From Piromyces finnis finn (taxonomy: Eukaryota; Fungi; Neocallimastigomycota): a stretch of 64,000 nucleotides of DNA. Below are positions 34,649-49,493 of this stretch, in pieces. The position numbers and the translations under genes were made by a program. Every line of letters begins with the position of its first letter. Position 1 is the first letter of the stretch. The stretch covers positions 744,001 through 808,000 of the forward strand of contig MCFH01000003.1 in the NCBI GenBank assembly GCA_002104945.1, in the 5' to 3' direction. The notes beneath the pieces are model-generated. The model searched no databases, was not told the DNA's origin, and saw only the letters and a list, made by a program, of their open reading frames with translations.

Positions 34649-35120
34649 GACATGCTATTCTTTTATCTTTTTTTTTTTTTTTTAAAAAAAAAAAAAGAAT
34701 TATTATATTTAATATTTTTATTATTTCTAAAGGCTGTTCAATAGAATTACAACAAAATAATAATTATATAATATATAATTTTTACAACAAATAGGTGTTT
34801 TATAATTTTTTTTTATTATATAATTTTATTTATTTATTTATTTATTAAAATTATGTATAACTTTTTATTTTATTTTATGAGTAATATATAATGATTAAAA
34901 TATAGTAGAATATAGTAGAATATATATATTTTTTTTTTTCATTTACAAAACTTTTTGATTTCTATGAAAAAAAAAAAAATAAATAAAAGCTAATCTTTCA
35001 AAGATTTTTCTATTTTTAAGAAAATTAATTCTGCATTACCAATATTTATAATAAAAATAATAGAAAAGAAAAAAAATAGAAAAATCAAAAAATATAACTT
35101 TTTTTTTAATAATTAAAGGA

Positions 35121-38100
35121 TTAGACTCCTTGAGGGAATCTAGGATAACAATGAGAGTAATAATCACTTATGAATTTACAATATGAGTTTGCACTTTGAC
35201 AGCAAGTTGGACCAGTCCAATCTTTACCACCACATTGACCATAATCAACTGCACAATTTGTTGGAGTCGAAGTAGTTCTAGTAGTTGTAGTAGTTCTAGT
35301 AGTTGTAGTAGTTCTTGTGGTTGTAGTAGTTCTTGTGGTTGTAATTGTTGTTGTTTTTGATTTTGTTGTTGTATTTGTAGTGGTTTTAGATTTAGTAGTA
35401 GTTGTAATGGAAATAGTAGTTTTAGGTTTAGTGGTGGTAGAAATGGTAGTGGTAGTTTTAGGTTTGGTGGTAGTAGTAGTGGTGGTAGTAGTGGTAGTTT
35501 TATCTGAATTAAATGGAATACCACACCATTCATTATTTTCTATACTCCATGAACCATTTTCATCGGTTTCAACAACTTCAAATTTCTGTTTACAACATTC
35601 ATAACCTATACAAAAATTATTAAAAAATAATTAATATATAAAAAAAATTGTTTGTTAAAGATAAATAATTTTATTATTATTTACCTAAACGTTTAGACCA
35701 ACACTTTTAAATTTTAAGAGTAAATAAATTTTTTTTCAATAATAATAATAATAATAAAAAAAAAAAGTAGGATTAGTTAGTTATATAAAATTATAGGTAT
35801 GGTATATATATTGAGTATATATTATTTTCTCTTATAAAATTATTTATAAAGTGATTATTATCCTTACTTGAGCAGTTTTTTCAAAATAGTAGGGTCCATC
35901 TATAATTTCGTATGTTTCAACATCATAGGAAGCAATAGATAATTTGGTTATTCCATCTTCTACCTTGAAATCTAATATACCAAAAGTGGCACTAAAGGTT
36001 TGACTATTTTGATAAACATAATCCAAATCTTCTTTATAATAATCATAAAGTTTACTACCGGTTGAACAATTAGCGGTAATGTAAAAAGTACCTTTGGGTT
36101 GCTTATAAACTTTATTCTTTTTTATATCACTTACACTGTAGTTATTGTTATCATAGGAAATGAACTTTGAAGCGGTATAGACATGATCATGTCCGTTAAT
36201 CACAAGATCAAATTTATTTTCATAAAATAATTGGGTTAAACATGGACGTAATTCATTGACAATGTAAGGTTCCTTCGAATGGGTTACACCATTACCGTAG
36301 ATATCATGATGAAACATTGCAATACGCCAATCAACGTCTGGATATTTTTTTATGGCCTTTTCAATTACATTGGAAAAATCTTCACAATACCCGTAGTTCG
36401 TTTCGAGAACAACGACAAGAACATTATGATGTCTAAAGAAATAATTATATCCCGGAATTAAATCTTGGTATTTGGGGTCGGTGTAGGAATTTGGTGAATT
36501 AAAATGTTTTCTAAAATTATTATTACTAGCATCATGATTACCAACTGCAGCAGCGACAGGTACAGATTTTAATAAATCTGGAAGAAGAAAAGCTGAATAT
36601 TGCATTTCTTCATTCAAAAGTTCCATGGGTCCTTTTTCATTATCTTCCAAGTGTTTACATTCTTCATCGGCTTGATCCCCAGCACTAAGTAGGAGACTTG
36701 GTTTATTTGCAAATTCAAAAGATCTAGAAATAGTTCTATTCCAATTGAATGCGTCATTTCTATTACCTTCATTCAACGTGAGAACCCTTTCATAATTATT
36801 GGTGATGGAAAAACGATCGTGAGAACCTCCAATTTGAGGATCACCAACAAATACAAATTTAAAATTGTAAGGATCACGCGTTTTAAGCTTAATGACTGGT
36901 TTTTCCCATTCTCCATTTAATAATCGTTGATAGTAATAAACGGTGTTTGGTTTTAAATCTTCAATGGTTACTTTGTTAGAATAGTATTGTGTTCCATTTA
37001 ATTTATAATGTTGTTCAAAATAACCGTCATATTGCACGGCATCACTCATGTCTTTATTGACACTATATCTTATGGAAGGTAGTGTTTTAGTAGTGGAATA
37101 CCATCCAAAATTAAGTTTAGTTTCATCTTCACCTGGAAATACAGAAAGACGTTCAAAATCTTTTTTAAACTCTTTATCCCATTTAACTTTAAAGGCTTCC
37201 CATTCATTCTTGGTTTCTTTATTCTTTTCACGATCATTCCAGAGTTGAACACTATTCTTCATACCACACCAATTTCCATCTTCATCAAGACCCCTTTTTT
37301 TTATAATAAAATATTATTTTAAAATTTAATAAATATATTTTTTTTTTATTTTATTTATAATTATATATATTTGAAAAAGTCTTGTTAATTTACTTATGTA
37401 ATAATAATTAATAAATAAATAAATAAATGATTTTTACCATTTACCATCTTGGTCACGATAAACAACATTGGTATTTTCTGGAGAACAACATGGAAAACCT
37501 TTTTTTTTTTATTTTAATAATTATAAAAATTATTGATCTATCCTTTTCAATAATAATAATGAAATTTTTATAAAAATAAAAGGTAATTAAAAAAAAAAAA
37601 GTAAAATTCCTACCACCAGCCATAGACCAGCATAAATCAGTTTCTAATTCATTTTTATTACTGACAGCATTAGATGATGCTGAGGAGGTTTGAGCAGGTT
37701 TATTTGTTTTTGTGGTTTCTAAAGCAGTAGTTTTTATATTTTTAACGATACCACACCAATTATCCATATAAACACCCCTTTATTTTATTTTATATATATA
37801 TATATTTAAAAAAAAAAAAAAAAAAAAAAAAAGAATATAAATATTATAAATATACCATATCAATGAATTATTAAAATAAAAATTATTTTATTTTATTTTT
37901 ATTTTATCTATTTACCAATCTCCTTCATCATCTGAATATTGAATTGGCGTTCCTTCCGGACAACTATTTCATCATAAAAAAAAAAAAAAAAAAGTAAAAT
38001 AATAATAATATAAATCTTAATATTTGAATAAATTATTCAATTATTTTATAACTTCAATTTCAATAAAAATTTTACCAAGGATAATTTCCAGAAATAGAAT

Positions 38101-38179
38101 TATTTGACCAACAATTTGAGGTTGCTTTAACATAAATTGTTGTTGTTAACAATAACAAGGCAATAGTGTATTTCTTCAT
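35121..38179 (-). CDS. Secreted dockerin-metallophosphoesterase-CBM1 protein, copy 1 (SP-Doc-Doc-FN3-like/MPE-Doc-linker-CBM1)
   Basis: Signal MKKYTIALLLLTTTIYVKA. Calcineurin-like motifs GDPQIG, SAGDQAD, GNHD, MFHHD and NGHDH lie in one large exon (ORF 35844-37262). Dockerins follow CW..GYxCC...W|G...WCG. CBM1 is NCAVDYGQCGGKDWTGPTCC...YYSHC. Confidence 0.92.
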
Positions 38180-39330
38180 TGTGTTAACTATTTTATAGGA
38201 TTACTTCATAATTTTTTATTTTTTTTTTTTTTTTTGAAATTGATTTAATTATTATTATATATAAAAAATATTGAAATGAATATTTTCCCCCTTTCTCCTT
38301 TTCTTTGTTTTTATTTAATTTTTATTTTATTTTTTATATTTTCAAAATTTGAAATTTGAAATGTATATTATTTCTTTCTTTCTTTCTTTCTTTCTTTCTT
38401 TTATCAATAATTAATATAAAATTATTTAATATAATAACAAAAGGATTATTTTGTAGACAATTCTTTTGTTATTATTTTTAAAAAAAAAAGATAGAATAAT
38501 ATTATTTATAGCTATTCAACTGAAAAAAAATGTATACATATATATGTATATATTTTTGTAGGTGTGTGTTGTATGTTATGTGTTAGAGCGTGTTGTTATT
38601 TGTTGTTGTTAGTAAAATTTCAAATTCACTCTTTCTATATCTATTTAGATTTAGTTTTTTTTTTTTTTTAATAAAACTATTATTTTTTAAATAGGTCGTA
38701 TTTTTTATTATTTTACGTTGTTAAAAAATAATACTTTTTTTTTTTTTGTTTTAATAGTTAAAAGGTTTATTGTTTTAAATTAATGAACTTCACTTTTTTA
38801 AAATTTATATAGAATTTTTAAAATTTGAAAACTTTTTTTAATTGAAATTTAAATGTAGCATTAGATTTCATTTAAAAAAGAATGTAAAGTTTTTTTCTTT
38901 ATTTTATAAAATAACAACACTTTTTACCTTTTTTACTTTCTATTATACCTTTTTTTTTAAAAAAAAAAAAAAAAAAAAGATATTGAAAAATTAAAAAGTA
39001 AAATGTCAAAAAATTAAAAAAAAACAACTTTTTTTAAACCCAAAAATAAATTAAATTAAAATTAAAAATCATCTGAAAAAGTAAATTTTTATTGGTAGAA
39101 AAAAAATAAAAATAAAATTAATTTTTATAGTATCTAAACTTTAATTTATAATAAAAACATTAATTTAAATGAAAAATGAATAAAAATAATATAAAATAAA
39201 GTTTAAAGATTAAAATAAATATTGTACAAAATTAATTAAAAAACTAACAATATTATTGGTTAAAATTTAATTTTTAGTCAATTTAAAAAGTTTCAAAGTG
39301 CTGACACTTGGTTTTAAAGGTAGAAAAGAT

Positions 39331-39508
<178 letters not shown>

Positions 39509-40000
39509 GTAGTAGTAGTAGTAACAGAAATAATTAGAATTTTAAAAAATAATACTTCAAAATTAATAGAAAAAATAAAAACAAAATTATATAGAGGTAT
39601 TTCAATAGTTTAACAAAAAAAAATAGCGTTCATTCATTGATATTAGAGTAAAAAGAATGATAGTAAATGTTGAATAATACTAAAATATTGTTATACAAGA
39701 TATATAAAAGATAACTTATTTTGTAAAGAATAAATATAAAAATGCTTTTCTATATAGTTAAAAAAAAAGTAGTCATTCTATTTATTATATTTTTAAAAAC
39801 CGTTTAAATCATGATTTATTTATTATTATTGGGAAACATCGCAATGACATGAGAAAAAAAAACTTGCTATTTTTATGGCTAAATGCTTATTATTATAGTA
39901 AATGAATAATAAATGAATAATAAAATTTTATTTACTATTTTTTTTTTTCAGTATTAATAATAATAATAATATTATTATTATTATTTAATTATTATATTTA

Positions 40001-40038
<38 letters not shown>

Positions 40039-41246
40039 GACGCTTCATCATCCAAAAAAAAAATTATATTATTTTTATATTAAAATTTTTAATAATAAAT
40101 TGAAATTTAATATAAATTTAAATTAAATTTAATTTATTTTTTTAAATTTTAATTCTATTTAAAATTTTAATTTTTTAATATAAAGTAATAATATTAAAAA
40201 AAAAAAAAAAAAAGAGGCCATTTAAACTTTTTATTAGGATTCAAAGGAAAAGTAGGCAAGAATAATTAAACATTATTAATTAATAAAATAAAATTGTAAT
40301 TCTAATTAAATGTTGAATGATATTATCATTCACACTATTGTTACTGTTACTATTACTGTTATTGCTATCTCTACTGATATTACCATTTTCATTATTATTG
40401 ATAGGTCTGTTGGAATTACGTTGACTCATAAAAGGTTTTAACATAACTTGTTAGGAAATATTATTTATTTTTAGTATAATATTTATAGTATTTATAATAT
40501 TTATTGATAATTTTTTTTTTAATATATATTTTTGATTGTCTTTTCTTTTTATTTTTTCTTAAAAAAAATAAAATAAAATAAAAACCCTTTTCGTAAAAAG
40601 TAAAATTATTAAACTATGTATATATAATATTAAATCAATCAAAAAGTAAACTATTGTAATGATCTTTTTTTTTTTTTTTTACTATTTATATAAAGTGTAT
40701 CTCAGATACATTAAAAAGATATATTTCTGTACTATATTTATAATGATTAAAAAATGTATTTTTTTTTTTCTTTTAATATTATTATCCTATATCTATAAAA
40801 ATAATTATAAAATTTTTTTTTCTAATAAAAAAAAAGTCTATAATTTTTTTTTTTTTTAAAATGACAAATCAAGTCATTCTTTTAAAGAAAATGATAAATG
40901 TAACGTAATCAATACTTCATTAAGAATGGAATTTTTTTCTTCTTTAATAAATGATAAATAATAATAATTACATTGTTGATGTACTACTATTACTATTTAT
41001 TATTATTAAAGATGTAGGTTTTTTTTCCATTATAATCGAATAAAATATTTTATAAATTAAATAATAATATTAAAAAAGAATCATTATCTTCCTTAGTATT
41101 ATTATATAATTTATTCTATAATGATATTAATTATATTATAATTAATATTATGACCCTTATATTGGGTGAGTTTTTTTTTTTTTTTTAAAATGGCTAAAAA
41201 TAACTATAAAATAAAAATAGAAAGATATTACTTATATTGATTATAT

Positions 41247-44067
41247 TTAATATACTGGTGCACATTGATAATAATAATCACTACGCATAATACATTGGTA
41301 ATTTGGATTTTGACAACAAGTTGGTCCATTATAGCCTATACCACCACATTGTTCGTAATCAGCAACACAGTTGGTTGGTTCTGGAGTTTGAGTGGTAGTA
41401 GTGGTAGTAGTAGTAGTTGTGGTGGTAGTAGTAGTAGTGGTGGTGGTAGTGGTAGTGGTGGTAGTGGTGGTAGTGGTAGTAGTTCTAGTGGTAGTTCTTG
41501 TAATAGTAGTAGTGGTTGGAGTTGGAGTGGTAGTTGTGGTATAAGTAGTAGTGGTGGTTGGGGTTGGTGGTTGAACATTTCCATTTTCAATAATACCACA
41601 CCATTCATCATCTTCTACACCCCATTTACCATCATCATCAACAAAAACTACTGCTGGATTAGTTCCAACACAACATTTGTAACCTAATAGACTAGCCCAA
41701 CACTATAACATTAAATACAATATTGTTTCATAATGTAAAATGAAAAAAAAAAAAAAAATTTTTTTAGTATTATAGTAATAACATTTATAATAAAAGTAAA
41801 TGTAATTGGGTCAACGAATAAACATTGAGTAGATATAAATAAATTCTTTATTTACCTTATTTTCTGGTTCTGGTTCTTGTCCTGGTTCTGGTTCTGTTTC
41901 CACAATTGTTTTTTCGATGATATATGGACCATCAATGATGGTATCTGGTGATTCTACATCATAAGTAACAATTTTTAATGTAGCTTTACCGTATTCCTTG
42001 GTAAAATCCAAAGTACCAAAAGTAGAGGTAAAGCTTTGAATATCTTCGTGAACAAAATCTGGGGTATCTTCAACAAAACTGTAAAGTTTACTACCAGAGG
42101 AACAATTAGCAGTAATAAAAAAGGTACCCTTTGGATCCTTAAAGGTTTCATTGGTTTGAATGTCACTTGTTACATATTTACCAGAATTATTAGCATTAGC
42201 ATCGTAGGTAATAAATTTACTTGCGGTATAGACGTGATCATGTCCACTAATGGCAAGATCAAATTTAAAATTGGATAATAATTTGGTTAAACATGGACGT
42301 AAAACATTCTTCATACCATCTTCTAAGGAATGAGTAACACCATTACCATAAATATCATGATGGAATAAAGCAATACGCCATAAAGTGTCTGGATATTTTT
42401 CAACGGCATTGGTAATGACGGATTCAAAATCAACACATTCTTCATGATTGGTGTTAAGAACTACAATTAAAACATTATTGTATTTAAAGTAATAGTTGTA
42501 ACCTTCAATCCATCCATCATCCATAAGATAGGATGGATTTTTATATGGATTAGGTACGTTAAAATGATGTCTGAAATTTTCAGTATTTCTGTCATGATTA
42601 CCGATAGCAGCAGCCATTGGAATGGTTTGAATTTGTTTAGGGAGAAGTAATGCAGAGTATTGTGTTTCTTCATTATAATGTTCTTGATCACTATAGAAAC
42701 TATTGTTTTCTTCATCAGCTTGATCACCAGCAGATAATAAAAGACTTGGTTCTTTAACAAAATCAAAGGAATGGGTAATAGTTCTATTCCAATTAAAGGC
42801 ATCATTGGCTGTACCCTCATCCACCGTTAATACTCTCTCATATAAATTAGAAATGGAGTAACGGTCATGTGAACCACCAATTTGTGGATCACCAACAAAA
42901 ATAAATTTAAAGTTATCTGGATTGTAGGTTTTAAATTGAATTGGCTTTTCCCATTGACCATTTAATTTTCTTTTGTAGTAATAAACAGAATTACGTTCTA
43001 GGCCAGTAACACTAACTTTATTGGAATAGTACTGTATTCCACTGACCTTATAATGCTTTTCACTTGTTCCTATAAATTCCTTACAATCATTTAAATTTTC
43101 ATCTGTTCCCCAACAAATAGTTGGTACTTCATTTTTAGTGGTAGAATACCAACCAAAGTTAAGCATAGTTTCATCCTCACCAACAAATACAGAAAGACGT
43201 TCAAAATTTTCTTTATATTCATTACTCCATACTTTTTTAAAAGCATTCCATTCATCTCTGGTATCTTTAATTAATTCACGATCAACCCATCTTTGTTTCC
43301 TTTCTCTAAATCCACACCAATTGCCATTAGCATTTTGACCCCTAATATTAATAATCATCATTACAAAAAAAAAAAAAAAAAAATATTAAAATCTCCTAAA
43401 TCTACACCTTTTTATTAATTTTAAATCATATATTATAATAATTGTTATAATTTATAAACATAAAAAAAAAAACGAAATAAATATAAAAACCAAAATCAAA
43501 TTTATATCCTTCTTTTCTTTATTAATTCACTTTTTATTTACCATATACCATCTTGATCAATTAAAGCAATAGATTCACCACCTTCACAACATGGATATCC
43601 TAAAAAATGAAAATAAAATATTAAATAAAAAGATTCTTTTTTTTTTACCTATAAAATAATATAACAAAATCTTTAAAAATATATTCTATATATACCACCA
43701 GCTCTGGACCAACATCTACCATTTCTTATGCCACACCATTCACCATTACTATTAAAAACCCTGTAAAAAAAAAAATAATATCAATTATCATCTATTCCTT
43801 TTATATATAGTTTTATTAGAGTTATAATGAATTATTGATAAATACCAATCGCCTTCACTATCTTTATAATTAGGCTGAGTTATTTCTTCTGGACAACTAT
43901 ATAATAATAATAATTAACAAAAATGCTTTTTATTGGGAAAAAAAAAAAATAAGAAAAAAACAAATGATATTTTACCATGGGTAACCTAATTTTTCTGACC
44001 AACAGTAGGTACTTTCAGCTTTAACAACAGAAATAATTAATGCTAAACTTAATGCGATATATTTCAT
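41247..44067 (-). CDS. Secreted dockerin-metallophosphoesterase-CBM1 protein, copy 2
   Basis: Signal MKYIALSLALIISVVKA and two N-terminal dockerins. The catalytic exon (ORF 41811-43361) has the same five motifs. It is followed by dockerin CWASLLGYKCC...WCGII, a T-rich linker and CBM1 NCVADYEQCGGIGYNGPTCC...YYYQCAPVY*. Confidence 0.92.
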
Positions 44068-46530
44068 CTTGCTATTTTTTTTTTTTTTTAAAATATAAAT
44101 TTTTATTTTCTATTCTTTATAGATTATTTTTATTTTGTTGTGTTTACGTATTTTATTTTTATTTTTTAGTTTGTTTTGTTTTATTTAATTTTATTATAAA
44201 TATATATTGTATAATTTATTTATAATAATTTTCTTTTTATTTTAGTTTTGTTTTTTTTTTAATACTTGGTTTTATCAATAACAATTTAAATATATTATTT
44301 TTTTAATTGATAAAAAGTATTTTTCTTAAATAGTTAATATCGATAGTTTGTTTATTTTTATTTATTATATTAATATCTTTTAAAAATTTTCAATTTTTTT
44401 TTTTTACTTTTTTACTTTTATTATTGTTAATAATAATATACAAAGTAATTCTCTCTTTATTTATAGTGTATATCAAGACTTCTTTATATATTTTTAATAA
44501 TAATAATATTTTGCTGAATAATTTTTTTTTTATCCTTTTTTCTTTCTTTCTTTTAAGTTGGTTAATTAAATATATCAAAGTTTGTTTTGTTTGTTTTTGA
44601 AAAAGAAAATGAAATGAAATAAAAATAAAAAAAGGTAAATTATATAGCAATGTTATAACGTAAAATTGAAATTTTTATTTTTAATTTTTTTATTATTTAA
44701 TTTATAGATTTTTCTTTCTTTTTTTTTTTTTTGGAAATTAATTTCTTTTTTTCATTGTACTTTTTTAAACTAATTAAAATGATAGTTTTTTTTTAAAAAA
44801 TAAAAAAAAAAAAAATGAAAAAAAGCTTCTTTCTTTTTTTCTTTCCTTTCCTTTATCTATTGTTTAAAAAAAAAAAATTGAAATTTAAATAATTTTTTTT
44901 TTTTTAAAGGATTACTCACAATTAAATTTTTTTAATTTATTTTAATTTTTAATTTATTTTTTAATATAAATTTATATACAAAAATTTATTATTTATTTTG
45001 ACTTTATTCCATATATTAACAATACTCTTTTATATTAAATTTAATTATTTATTCATTCCTATTTAAATTAAAAAAGAATATGAAATAATGTATATTGTTT
45101 TTTTTTTTTAAGTATTATATTAGGATCGCCATAATGATCTATTCTATTCTATCCTAAACATAATAGATCATTTAAAATTGGTTTTTTTTTCTTTAAAAAA
45201 TATAACTATTAATTGTTTTTATCATGGAATGGTTACTAAACTATAATTTTATTATTTATTTATTTATTTATTATAATTTGATTATTTGATTATTTTTTTA
45301 TGCTCACACTTTCAAATTTTTATTTTTTTTTTTTTTGTCCTTTCATCCATTTTTATTATGTTACACGAGATGGTTTCATCTGTTACACGACAAATAAGCA
45401 AATGTTAAGGAATAATAGAAAATAAAGTTGGGCTCTAGAACAATTTAAAATTTTAATTTAATATTATCATTCAGAAAATGATTTAATTTTTAATTTATTC
45501 TTTTATAAATTAAATAAAAAAAAAAATAGAGGATGGAATGATGATAAAGTTCCCAGAGATTCTAGGTAAATCATTGTAAAAGAAAAATTATTACAATCGT
45601 AAAATAGAAAAAAAAAAAAAAAGAACAATTATATATATATATAAAAGAATGGTATTAATGTATAGAATAATTAGGATTATTTTAAAGAAAATAAAAAAAA
45701 AAAAATGAAAAATACATTTTAAATCCTTTGAAAAAAGTTTAATACTCTATCAAATTTTAAAAAAAAAAAAAAAAATAAAAAGATTATTAAAATTAAGAGA
45801 AACTCTACTTTGATTTTTAAAAAAGAAAATTGATTTAATACTAAAAAAATTCGTTTTTTTTTTTTCTTTTTATTTATTAATAAATGATAGAACTTGACAC
45901 ATAAATCTAACTTTCTATAGAATCTATTTTTTATCATTGAGGTAAATAGATATATTATTATTATTATTATTTTTTTTTTAATCTGCTTTTTTCCTTGATA
46001 ACCTTTTCCTGATAGTTTTTTTTTTTTTTTTTTTTTTTTTTTAATCGATCGGCGGTTGTAAAGTAACTTTTCCATTTTTATAAATGTCAATGCTAAATTT
46101 TCTTTACTGAACTTTAATGGTACACTAATGGTCACAACCTGGATGGACGGTTGTCATTTAACACAAAAAAAAAAAATTAACCCAAAAAGTATTTCTAGAA
46201 TTTTTAAAAAATAAATTGTATTTTTGTAATAAAAAAAGAAAATTAAAAAAATACTGAGAATGAACTAAATGAAATACTATCTATTCAAAATAAATGTATT
46301 TTTTTTTTTTTTATACTTTAAAATATGAATAAAGGATATTTTATATTTTATATTAAAAAAAAAAAAAAGAGAGAGATTCCCATGAAATTGTTTTTATACG
46401 AATAAACTATACTTTTTTTTTTTCCTTGGTATTATCTTTAATTAACTTTTTTTTTTCATTAAGTAATTCCGGAATATTAATTAAAAATAAAAGGAAAGAA
46501 AGAAAAAAAAAATTCTTATGGTTTTGATTA

Positions 46531-49493
46531 TTAATATTGATTTGGAATACATTGTGAATAATATTCACCAAAACTAACACATTTAAAGTTACTACTCTTA
46601 CAACAGGTTGGACCACTGTAATCTTTACCACCGCATTTGCCAAAATCTTCAACACAATTTGATGGTGTTGGAGTAGAAGTGGTGGTAGTAGTGGTGGTGG
46701 TCTTTCTAGTAGTAGTGGTAGTAGTGGTCTTTCTAGTGGTAGTAGTGGTTGTCTTCTTAGTAGTAGTGGTTGTGGTTGTCTTTTTGGTGGTGGTGGTGGT
46801 TTGATTATTATTTCCCTTCTTTTTTATACCACACCATTCCCATTCATTATTACTATTTAGTTCAATACCCCAATCGCCATCTCCATCTGATTCTACGATA
46901 ATGGTATTTTCATCGCTACAACATGGGAATCCAAGACTTTCAGACCAACATTTATCGTTGTCGTTAACACCAGAAATAATACCACACCAATCCAATTCAT
47001 TATTACTGTTTAATGCAAGACCCCAATCACCGGATTCATCGGAGTAAATAGTTTCGGCATCTGGATCACAACATGGGTAGCCTTGGGATAATGACCAACA
47101 TTTATCATTGTCATTATTATTGACCATCTTGATATCTTTTTCTAAAATGTATGGTCCATCAACAAGTTTATGAGATTCAACATCATAGGTATTAATAGTC
47201 ATAGTAACCTTTCCATCACTTTTCTTGAAATCCATAACACCAAAAGTCGGAGTATAAGTTTGATCATGGTAATAAACATAGTCAAGTTGTGGCTTAACAT
47301 ACTTGTAAAGTTTGTTACCAGTAGAACAATTGGCTGTAATATAAAGTGTTCCATCTGGCTTATGGTAAACCTTATTTCTTTCAATAGAATTAAAACCATA
47401 ACCACCATAATTATCAGCTCCTGTGTAGGTAATAAATTTACTTACGGTATAAACGTGATCATGACCGTTAAGAACAAGATCGAATTTGTTATCATAAATT
47501 AATTTTGTAAGGCAAGGACGTAATACTTTTGTGATACCATCATTTTGAGAATGAGTACTACCATCACCATAAAGATCTTGGTGGAACATGGCAATACGCC
47601 AGTCTGTATCGGGATATTTAGTGATAGCCTTATTAATAATTTCGGTAAACTCTTCACAAATTGGAGCGTTGGTGTTAAGAACAACAAATAAAATGTTATT
47701 ATATTTAAAGAAATAATTGTATCCTGGTTCATTTCCATTATAATACTTTGTATAATTTTTAGAAGCATAATTATTTGGTGTGTTGAAATGATATTTAAAG
47801 TTTTCTGTGTAACTATCATGATTACCGATTGTAGGTACAGTTGGAATGGTTTGCATTAATTTTGGAAGAAGAAAAGCAGAATATTGGGATTCTTCATTAT
47901 AATCGTATTCATTACCTTTTACGGCATATTCTTCATCGGCTTGATCACCTGCAGATAATAAAAGACTTGGTTGACCAGCAAAATTAAATGAATTATATAC
48001 AGTAACATTCCAGTTAAAAGCATCATTTCTATTACCTTCTTCTCTTGTGAGAACTCTAGAGTAATTATTTGAAGCAGTAATTCTGTCGTGAGCACCACCA
48101 ATTTGTGGGTCACCAACAAAAAGGATTTTAAAGTTATCTTGATCATAGGTTTTAAATTGAATTGGTTTTTCCCATTGACCATTTAACTTTCTTTTATAAT
48201 AATATGTTGTATTACGTTTTATATTTTTAACAGTAACAGCATTAGAATAATAAGATGTTCCGCTTAAATCCTTAAAATAGGTAACTGTACCTTTGAATTC
48301 TTCACAATCGCTTGTATCTTTAGTAGTACCCCAACAAATGGATGGGATGGTTTCGGTAGTTGAATACCAACCAAAATTAAGAGAAGATTCATCTTCTCCT
48401 GGTAATACAGATAAACGTTCAAAGTTATCTTTATATTCATTGTCCCACTTTTCTTTGAAAGCATTCCATTCTACTCTGGTATCATTTCTTAATTCACGAT
48501 CATTCCATTTTTGGGTACTATTTCTGTATCCACAGAAATTATTATTTTCAACACCCCTTTTATAGAGCAATGACATTATCAATAAACAAAACAGAAATTA
48601 GGTTAATATTATAATACTACCAACTATAAAAATGATTTTATTGAGTTACTAGAAATATATATATACATTTAAGCTTATTACCATTCACCATCTTGATCAA
48701 CGGAATAGTATGATGCATTAGGTGAACAACACTTGTATGATAAATCTATGGATATTAATTATTTAATAATGATTAATATTTATGGTCATTTAAAACGACA
48801 AATTATTCAAAATTATTTTTTTCATTATAACTAACAAATTATTCAAAATTATTTTTTTCATTATAACTAACAAATTATTCAAAATTATTTTTTTCATTAT
48901 AACTAACAAATTATTCAAAATTATTATAAAAACACAAAAAGTATTTTAAAACTTTGTATTTTTATAAACACTAAATATTTAAATACTATTTTTGTTTTCA
49001 TAATATCCAAGTATTCTAAACTATTATTGAAATGATAAAAACTATATTTCAAACTTTTTTTAAACTATAAAAGTTATTCATACTTATTAAAGTGGCCCAA
49101 CATCTATTTACTATACACCATTCACCATTATTGACACCCCTAATTTATTGATGGACATTTTAAAAAAAAATTAGTATTTTTATTTTATCACTATCTATAT
49201 AAATATATACGATAATAAGTGTATTAAGTACCAATCTCCTTCACCATCCATATATATAATCTTGGTATTCTTTTTACAACTATTATATATTTAAAATGAA
49301 TAAATTATCATATAAAAATTATAGTTTACATTAGCGATTATTAAAATCTTTTTTTTTTTTTTGTATTAATTTTCTTTTATGTATATATTTTGAAAATTTA
49401 CCATGGAAATCCTGAACCCTTACTATAACAAAGTTCTTCTTCAGCTTTTGCAAAAGCAACAGCTAATAGTAATATTAAGCTTCTACTTTTCAT
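46531..49493 (-). CDS. Secreted dockerin-metallophosphoesterase-CBM1 protein, copy 3 (two N- and two C-terminal dockerins)
   Basis: Signal MKSRSLILLLAVAFAKA. ORF 46531-48582 contains the MPE (GDPQIG, GDQAD, GNHD, MFHQD, NGHDH), two dockerins, a TK/TR linker and CBM1 without introns. Confidence 0.93.
48799..48924. repeat. 36-bp minisatellite (3+ copies) inside an intron of copy 3
   Basis: caaattattcaaaattattt(t)ncattataactaa starts at 48799, 48835, 48871 and 48907 (partial). Confidence 0.88.

Noticed and set aside
35844-37262. Calling the enzymes purple acid phosphatases or phytases outright
   Set aside because: The Fe-ligating Tyr (GDxxY) and DxG motifs are absent, and substrate cannot be read from sequence.
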